A DNA stretch of 42,492 nucleotides from Candidatus Woesearchaeota archaeon. GTDB taxonomy: Archaea; Nanobdellota; Nanobdellia; SCGC-AAA011-G17; UBA489. Positions 36,723-42,492 of this stretch are shown here, one piece after another (position 1 is the first letter of the stretch; every line of letters begins with the position of its first letter). The translations under genes and the position numbers were made by a program. The DNA is taken from contig JABIPM010000012.1 in the NCBI GenBank assembly GCA_018658955.1, forward strand, positions 1 to 42,492, read 5' to 3'. The notes under the pieces were generated by a model. It saw nothing but the letters and a program-made list of their open reading frames with translations, was not told where the DNA came from and searched no databases.

Positions 36723-37580
36723 TTATAATTTAATCCTTTTTTTATGAATGGATAAATATCTTCTAAAATAATAATTAACAAAATGTTCTTCATCTTGGGT
36801 AAATGCCTTGTAATAAGATGCTCTTTTTTTATATTCAATTATCAGCATAGGATAACCTGCATGCCACAATAGATGATTCATTAATAATCTTCCAATTCTA
36901 CCATTTCCATCCCCAAATGGATGAATGATTTCAAATCTATAATGTGCTCTCGCAGATAATTCAACAGGATTCATTTGTTTATTTTTATCAATAAATTTTA
37001 CAAATTCATTCATACGCCCCATTACCTCTTGCCAATCGGGAGCAACGTAAGGGCCAATACGGACCAGATAGTCTCTAAATTTCCCGGCAACATCTTCTTT
37101 AGTAAATTTAAAAACATCTTCATGCCATCTCAATAATAATTTCTTTGTTAATTTTTCTTTTTTCTTTAATAATTTTAAAAAAACTTTATTATGCTCCTCT
37201 GTTTCTTTAATTTCATTTAATTCTTTATTTGGAGCAATTCTATTATGAACTATTTCTCTTGTTTCTTCGAGAGTGATTGTTGATCCTTCAATAGCATTGG
37301 TGTTATATGTAAATGCTATCGCAATTTCTTCAAGTTCCTTTTCCTTCATACTTTTTGGAAGTTTTTCCCACTCTTGTTGAAATTGAGATTTAATAGATTC
37401 TAATTTTTGATATAACTGTCGATTACATTCTTTTTTGAATTTAGATTTTATAACTTCAATATCATCAGGAATAATTTTTCCTAGATATTTCTCTCTTGTA
37501 ATTGATTTACCCCCTTCCCTATATGAATGCTGTAAATAAAAATATTCTTTATTTCCCTTTTTTCTTGTTATAATTCTCAC
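36723..37580 (-). CDS. Fic-domain protein (class II, intramolecular inhibitory motif)
   Basis: HPFGDGNGRIGR catalytic motif and TNAIEG inhibitory motif; GTG start. Confidence 0.93.
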   Translation of the reverse strand: MRIITRKKGNKEYFYLQHSYREGGKSITREKYLGKIIPDDIEVIKSKFKKECNRQLYQKLESIKSQFQQEWEKLPKSMKEKELEEIAIAFTYNTNAIEGSTITLEETREIVHNRIAPNKELNEIKETEEHNKVFLKLLKKKEKLTKKLLLRWHEDVFKFTKEDVAGKFRDYLVRIGPYVAPDWQEVMGRMNEFVKFIDKNKQMNPVELSARAHYRFEIIHPFGDGNGRIGRLLMNHLLWHAGYPMLIIEYKKRASYYKAFTQDEEHFVNYYFRRYLSIHKKRIKL

Positions 37581-37590
37581 AAAATCATTA

Positions 37591-37637
37591 CCATTACAAA
37601 CTATTTAAATCTTTACATTTAATCAAAATTGTAATGG
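37591..37637. promoter_or_regulatory. Inverted repeat CCATTACAA...TTGTAATGG bracketing the Fic TATA box
   Basis: Exact 9-bp arms at 37591-37599 and 37629-37637. Confidence 0.45.
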
Positions 37638-37643
37638 CAAGAA

Positions 37644-37726
37644 CGCCACGACCCGGATTTGAACCGGGATGTCCAGAAGGACCTGGATTAGCAGTCCAGT
37701 GCAATACCAAATTATGCGATCGTGGC
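37644..37726 (-). tRNA. tRNA-Ser(GCT)
   Basis: Acceptor GCCACGA/TCGTGGC, anticodon arm CTGGA-CT-GCT-AA-TCCAG, long variable arm, GGTTCAAATCC, discriminator G; no encoded CCA. Confidence 0.95.
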
Positions 37727-37770
37727 TTAATCATTTTCTTATAATCCTAATTTATAAGCGTTATCAAAAA

Positions 37771-37852
37771 CGCCGCGAGTAGGATTTGAACCTACATATC
37801 CGAAGAAATCGGTTTTCGAGACCGACGCAATACCAAATTATGCGATCGCGGC
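37771..37852 (-). tRNA. tRNA-Ser(CGA)
   Basis: Acceptor GCCGCGA/TCGCGGC, anticodon arm TCGGT-CT-CGA-AA-ACCGA, long variable arm, GGTTCAAATCC. Confidence 0.95.
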
Positions 37853-37932
37853 ACAATGTTTCATTCAATTGATAATTAATAAACCTAACCAAATATTTAA
37901 ATATCATTTATAACCTCTATTTAAACAATAAA

Positions 37933-38730
37933 ATGCCCCATTCTGAACTACAAAAAGCCTATGAAAGGATAAATAACTTAGAAAAAACTATTAACAACCC
38001 CTCACAGACCCAAGAAATTAGAGATTTGAGACAAACATTAAAAGAAATAGAACTAAAATTAAACACAGACGAAAAAACAGGAATTCTTTCAAAAACAGGT
38101 TTAGAAAAATTATTAACAACAACGACAAATTCTCAATGGCCTAGCGGAATAATTTACATAGATATGATGGGATTAAAAGAAATTAATGATAAATACGGCC
38201 ATAATGTTGGAGATATTCAAATTAATCAAGTGGCTTATGGGTTAAAACATGTCTTACGTTCGAGTAAAGAAGCACATGGAAATGAAAGAAGAATGGCAGA
38301 AAAAGAAAATATTGGAAGTCCAGATTTAATTTTTGATTTAAGATCTCAAAATTCAGATGTGGGAAGAATGTATTCTGGAGGAGATGAATTCATAGGTGTC
38401 CTACAAAACATAGAAGGATATAATGGTTTAAGGACAGCAATGGAAAGATTATCGGAACATTTTAATTCAGAAGATTTACCTGCAATATCAATTGGTGGAA
38501 CAGTTCACGCTCCAAATAGTTCAATTGAAGATTCGATAAGGTTAGCAGAAGAAGCAATGTATGAATCTAAAAACGCACTAAAAACAAGAAGAGATAATTT
38601 TAGCTTAGAATCATATGACACAGGATATGCAATAAATTATCCAAATATAGGCATAAACATTTACTTACCTAAAACAGATTTCTTAACACCAATTAAGGCA
38701 GAAATAGCAAAACTAAAAAAAGTTAATTAA
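37933..38730 (+). CDS. GGDEF-domain (diguanylate cyclase-like) protein with N-terminal coiled coil
   Basis: DEKTG, ID...LKEINDKYGH..GD, GGDEF, SIG and A...MY..K motifs. Confidence 0.88.
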   Translation: MPHSELQKAYERINNLEKTINNPSQTQEIRDLRQTLKEIELKLNTDEKTGILSKTGLEKLLTTTTNSQWPSGIIYIDMMGLKEINDKYGHNVGDIQINQVAYGLKHVLRSSKEAHGNERRMAEKENIGSPDLIFDLRSQNSDVGRMYSGGDEFIGVLQNIEGYNGLRTAMERLSEHFNSEDLPAISIGGTVHAPNSSIEDSIRLAEEAMYESKNALKTRRDNFSLESYDTGYAINYPNIGINIYLPKTDFLTPIKAEIAKLKKVN

Positions 38731-38766
38731 AACAAACCTTTATAATTCTCCTAATTCTCAATAAAT

Positions 38767-40458
38767 TTGGTGGTCAAAGTAACAGAAAAACGACTAATAA
38801 CAGCGGCATTGCCTTATGTAAACAACATCCCTCATTTGGGACACATAGTTGGATCTCACCTACCAGGTGATATTTTTGCAAGATTCTGTAGACTAAAAGG
38901 ATATGATACATTATACATCGGAGGAACAGATGAACATGGAACTCCAGCATTACTAGAGGCGAAAAAACAAAAAATCCCATTAGACAAATTCTGTACAACA
39001 ATTTACAAAGAACATAAAAAAATATATGATTGGTTCAATATTTCGTACGATAATTTTTCAAGAACTTCAAAACCAATCCATCATGAATTAACTCAGGAAT
39101 TTTTTCAAAAAATAAAAGATAATGGTTACATCAAAGAAGCGAAAATAAAGCAATTCTACTGCGAACAAGATAAAATATTCTTACCAGATAGATTCGTAGA
39201 AGGTACATGTAAAAGTTGCGGATATGAGCACGCAAGAGGTGATCAGTGTGAAAAATGTACAAAGATATTAGACACCTTAACATTAATCAACGCAAAATGT
39301 ACTCTTTGTTCAAACACTCCAGAAATCAAAGAGTCAAACCATCTTTTCTTAAAATATGATAAACTATCAAGTAAACTAGAAACTTGGTTGAAAAAACAAA
39401 CTCATTGGAGACCTCAAGTATTAAACCTAGCATTAGCATGGGTAAAAGAAGGTATAAAAGAAAGAGGAATAACAAGAGATATTGAAAATGGGGTTAAGGT
39501 GCCCTTAGAAGGTTTTGAAGATAAGGTATTTTATGTATGGTTTGATGCACCAATCGGATATATTTCATCAACTAAAGAACATACAAAAAATTGGGAATCC
39601 TATTGGAAAGAAGATTCTAAGATTTATCATTTCATTGGAAAAGACAACATTCCTTTCCATTCAATATTCTGGCCATCATCTCTAATTGCAAATGGAGAAT
39701 ATAACTTACCTTACAACGTAGTAGGGCTTCAATATCTAAATTACGAAGGTGGAAAATTTTCAAAAACACATAAGAGAGGAGTTTTCTGTGAAAACATTCC
39801 TAAAACAGGAATAAATCCGGATGTTCTAAGAGCATATCTAACCTTCGTAATTCCTGAAACAGATGATACTGAATTCAAATGGTCTGAATTTGAATCAAGA
39901 GTCAATTCAGATTTAATTGGAAATTTTGGAAATTTCATTAATAGAACATTAACATTCGCACATTCAAAATTAAATGGGGAAATTACTCAACCTAAAGATT
40001 TAGAAGAATATTCAGAATTCAATCAACAAGTTTTAGAAAAAATAAACAAAGTCGAAGAGTTATTAGAAAAAGCAGAATTAAGACATGCTTTCCAAGAGAT
40101 ATTATCTCTATCAGATTTAGGAAATAAATTCTTTAATGATCAAGAACCATGGGTGGTTCTAAAACAAGATGAAAATAAAGCAAGAGAAATTCTTTACATC
40201 TGTTCAGATTTATGTAGGAAATTAGCAATTCTTTCATCACCATACATCCCTCAAAGTTCAGAAAAAATATTTAACATATTAAACTTAAAAGAAAATCCCA
40301 CCAAACAAGCAATTTGGGAAACATCAAAAGAAATCAAAATACCAAAAAAACATAAAATAAACAAGCCAGAAGTTCTTTTTGAAAAATTAACACCAGAATT
40401 CGTAGAAGAATTCAAGAAAACCGTTGCTGAAACAAGCGACTTAAAAGACTTATTCTAG
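38767..40458 (+). CDS. metG: Methionyl-tRNA synthetase (no C-terminal tRNA-binding domain)
   Basis: ALPY.N..PHLGH, GTDEHG, Zn knuckles, YVWFDAPIGY, GKDNIPFH and KFSK motifs. Confidence 0.97.
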   Translation: MVVKVTEKRLITAALPYVNNIPHLGHIVGSHLPGDIFARFCRLKGYDTLYIGGTDEHGTPALLEAKKQKIPLDKFCTTIYKEHKKIYDWFNISYDNFSRTSKPIHHELTQEFFQKIKDNGYIKEAKIKQFYCEQDKIFLPDRFVEGTCKSCGYEHARGDQCEKCTKILDTLTLINAKCTLCSNTPEIKESNHLFLKYDKLSSKLETWLKKQTHWRPQVLNLALAWVKEGIKERGITRDIENGVKVPLEGFEDKVFYVWFDAPIGYISSTKEHTKNWESYWKEDSKIYHFIGKDNIPFHSIFWPSSLIANGEYNLPYNVVGLQYLNYEGGKFSKTHKRGVFCENIPKTGINPDVLRAYLTFVIPETDDTEFKWSEFESRVNSDLIGNFGNFINRTLTFAHSKLNGEITQPKDLEEYSEFNQQVLEKINKVEELLEKAELRHAFQEILSLSDLGNKFFNDQEPWVVLKQDENKAREILYICSDLCRKLAILSSPYIPQSSEKIFNILNLKENPTKQAIWETSKEIKIPKKHKINKPEVLFEKLTPEFVEEFKKTVAETSDLKDLF

Positions 40459-40497
40459 ACTGAAACCTTTAAAAACAGACCAAAACACAAATAGCGT

Positions 40498-40602
40498 AGC
40501 GAGGTAGGACAGAATAAGTGTCAAACCAGAGCTTATGTCCAATTAGGAGTGTCCGTCGGGCTCATAACCCGGAGGTCGCTGGTTCAAATCCAGCCCTCGC
40601 TA
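40498..40602 (+). tRNA. Initiator tRNA-Met(CAT) with a 30-nt BHB intron at position 15/16 (intron 40513-40542)
   Basis: A1-U72 acceptor AGCGAGG/CCTCGCT; GGG/CCC anticodon stem around CAT; removing the intron restores the D-arm GGAC-AGTTAGGAGT-GTCC; TATA TTTAAAAA at 40468. Confidence 0.92.
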
Positions 40603-41480
40603 TTAGGACCTCCACCCCTCGCAATTAAAGGCTTAATCGCCTTTTCTATTCCTTTTTTAAATTCATCGAATGAAAACACCACTATCTCCTCATCAAGATA
40701 ATTAGAGTATTTTTCCTTTAGAATTTCAGTAGTCACAACAATAAAATCAGCTGAAAGATTTAGAGACTTATAAAACTTAAATTTCTTATTTAACTTATTG
40801 CTTTTTTCTTCAGGTTTATCCCAATAAGTTGTTTCAATAAAAAAACATCTTTCAAAAAATTCACAAAAAAAATCGCAACTAAAATACCCATTACCTTTAC
40901 CAGTAATAAATCTTTTCTCGTATTCATAATTTATATTTAATTTTTTTAGAACGCCTGCAACCTCAAGCTCTAAACCATTATACATTTTTTCTCCAAGTGG
41001 ACCAATCACCATTTTACCCATATTTTTAATCCCTCTCAAAGAACCTCTTCTCCGTTTATCTAAATTTTTTGGATCCCAAAACCCCTTTTGATTATTAAAT
41101 GTGGATAAACCTCCTTTTCTACAATTAGTTAACCAATTCTGTTTAAATTCAGCATTATTATTCAATAACGTTCTAACTTTTTTACGTGCAAGTTTAGAAG
41201 CATTTTTAGCTTTTAATTTCCATTGTATTGAATATGAATCATCTTTAGCCATTTTGGATCTAACAGAATTGCTGATTGTTTTACCCAGCTTAACATAATC
41301 TAAATTCTTATTAGTCTTAATTGCAGCATTACTTTGAGCGATTCTCTTTAGTTTAGTACTTCCTAATTCATCCCTCAAATAATCTAAAACTTCCTTTTTG
41401 CTAACATTGTATTTTGAAGCAATATCTGTGCTATTCAAACGATTTTCTAAAAATTCCCTCAAAACAACCTCTTTTTCCAT
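40584..41480 (-). CDS. HTH + basic linker + PD-(D/E)XK-type endonuclease (homing-endonuclease-like)
   Basis: N-terminal HTH (STDIASKYNVSKKEV); C-terminal E..VA..L....I.YEYE...CDF.....IE; stop codon lies inside the tRNA T-arm. Confidence 0.7.
   Translation of the reverse strand: MEKEVVLREFLENRLNSTDIASKYNVSKKEVLDYLRDELGSTKLKRIAQSNAAIKTNKNLDYVKLGKTISNSVRSKMAKDDSYSIQWKLKAKNASKLARKKVRTLLNNNAEFKQNWLTNCRKGGLSTFNNQKGFWDPKNLDKRRRGSLRGIKNMGKMVIGPLGEKMYNGLELEVAGVLKKLNINYEYEKRFITGKGNGYFSCDFFCEFFERCFFIETTYWDKPEEKSNKLNKKFKFYKSLNLSADFIVVTTEILKEKYSNYLDEEIVVFSFDEFKKGIEKAIKPLIARGGGPNSEGWI
40627..40660 (+). terminator. Hairpin AAAGGC-TTAATC-GCCTTT plus T-rich tract downstream of tRNA-iMet
   Basis: 6-bp stem followed by T runs. 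Confidence 0.4.
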
Positions 41481-41546
41481 AACTCAAAATAATAAATCTA
41501 ATTTATAAAGAATTGTCGCACACTCGGTTAATAGAGTAAGTGCAAA

Positions 41547-42458
41547 ATGGAATTCCCGAAGCTCAAAAACAAACTAATACTGGCTCCAATGGCAGAAGTC
41601 ACTTCACTACCTTTTAGGCTCTTATGTAGGAACTATGGTGCTTCTATGACCTATACTGAACAACTTTCAGCCTTAGCAATAACAAGAGATTCTGCAAAAA
41701 CATTAGATATGGCTGAAACTAATTCAACTGATTCTCCAGTAGGATTACAACTATTTGGAAGAAATCCAGATATATTACTAAAGGCAGCTAAAAAATTATA
41801 CAAGCCATTTGATGTAATTGATATTAATATGGGGTGCCCTTCTAAAAAAATAGTAAAAGAAGGCTACGGGTCTGCATTACTAAAAGAAAAAGATAGAATA
41901 AAAAAAATAATATCTATTTTATCTAAAAACATTCCAAGACCAATCACTGTAAAAATGAGATCAGGATTCAAAAAAGTAGAAGCATTAGAATTAATTGAAA
42001 TAATGGAAAATGCTGGTTGTTCTGCAATTACTATTCACGCAAGAACTCAAGAACAAGGTTATTCTGGAAAATCTGATTGGGAGTTAATTAGAAAAGTAAA
42101 AGAAAAATCATCCATACCAATTATTGGAAATGGGGATGTAGTTGATCCAATTTCAGCCAAACAAATACTAAAACAAACAAAATGTGATTATATCATGATT
42201 GGACGTGCTGCAAGAAATAATCCTTGGATTTTCAAACAAATTAATACATATTTTAAAACCGGAAAAATTATTGAACAAACTTTTAAAGAAAAATTAAATT
42301 TATTTCAAACATACTTAAATCAAGGAGAAACCAACTTCAAGTTATTAAGAATGAGGGCATTAGACTTTACCAAAGGCTTACCAGATTCTCATAATTTAAG
42401 AAATACTCTTTCTAGAGCAAAAAATATTCAAGAAATTAATTCTATATTAAAAAAATAA
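41547..42458 (+). CDS. dus: tRNA-dihydrouridine synthase (DusB/NifR3-like)
   Basis: LAPMA, QLFG, IDINMGCP, GSALL, TVKMR, HART, GNGD and MIGR motifs. Confidence 0.95.
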   Translation: MEFPKLKNKLILAPMAEVTSLPFRLLCRNYGASMTYTEQLSALAITRDSAKTLDMAETNSTDSPVGLQLFGRNPDILLKAAKKLYKPFDVIDINMGCPSKKIVKEGYGSALLKEKDRIKKIISILSKNIPRPITVKMRSGFKKVEALELIEIMENAGCSAITIHARTQEQGYSGKSDWELIRKVKEKSSIPIIGNGDVVDPISAKQILKQTKCDYIMIGRAARNNPWIFKQINTYFKTGKIIEQTFKEKLNLFQTYLNQGETNFKLLRMRALDFTKGLPDSHNLRNTLSRAKNIQEINSILKK

Positions 42459-42461
42459 AAG

Positions 42462-42483
42462 GTAAGGGGATTTTACCCCTTAC
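42462..42483. terminator. Hairpin GTAAGGGG-ATTTTA-CCCCTTAC just after dus
   Basis: Perfect 8-bp stem flanked by A/T runs. Confidence 0.55.
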
Positions 42484-42492
42484 AATTTTAAA

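Noticed and set aside
37690..37852. Near-identical stretch (GATCGCATAATTTGGTATTGC) occurring twice
   Set aside because: It is the shared acceptor/D-arm sequence of the two tRNA-Ser isoacceptors.
33900..37900. Provirus or integrative element at tRNA-Ser
   Set aside because: No integrase, transposase, viral structural gene or duplicated tRNA-Ser 3' end was found.
726..41298. Many short ORF-track entries antisense to or nested within long genes (e.g. 726-1034, 4459-4758, 12597-12968, 17652-18017, 32227-32622, 41101-41298)
   Set aside because: They are shadows of well-supported genes, with F/L/S/I-biased composition and no motifs.
40584..41480. Endonuclease as an intron-encoded ORF (group I or BHB intron)
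   Set aside because: The tRNA is complete before the ORF body, the ORF is antisense, and no second exon or BHB was found at its far end.

Overview
AT-rich, gene-dense chromosomal segment of an archaeon. Evidence for the domain: TATA boxes about 25-30 nt before mostly leaderless starts, deoxyhypusine synthase, Dph5/Dph6, archaeal PheRS/MetRS and a BHB-intron tRNA. Gene style points to a DPANN lineage such as Woesearchaeota or Pacearchaeota (inference). Most genes serve translation and RNA or protein modification: pheS/pheT, thrS, metG, TtuA/Ncs6 plus a ThiS/SAMP carrier, a U32 hydroxylase, RlmH, Dus, Dph5, an AsnB-Dph6 fusion and a DHS-decarboxylase-agmatinase operon. A variable patch lies beside two tRNA-Ser genes: Cas4/AddB-like nuclease, proteasome-beta-like protein, AbrB-RelE TA pair bracketed by a 28-bp direct repeat, a pseudogene, Fic and GGDEF. 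Top observations: (1) an initiator tRNA-Met with a 30-nt D-loop BHB intron whose 3' end is overlapped by a free-standing HTH/PD-(D/E)XK endonuclease gene, a candidate collaborative-homing system; (2) a chorismate mutase translationally coupled to a U32 hydroxylase, a family known to need prephenate; (3) an apparent homologue of eukaryotic Bud23/WBSCR22; (4) a miniature divergent RtcB converging on a toxin-like gene; (5) an archaeal GGDEF protein. No CRISPR array, rRNA, integrase or transposase was seen. All calls come from motif recognition by eye; no searches were run.
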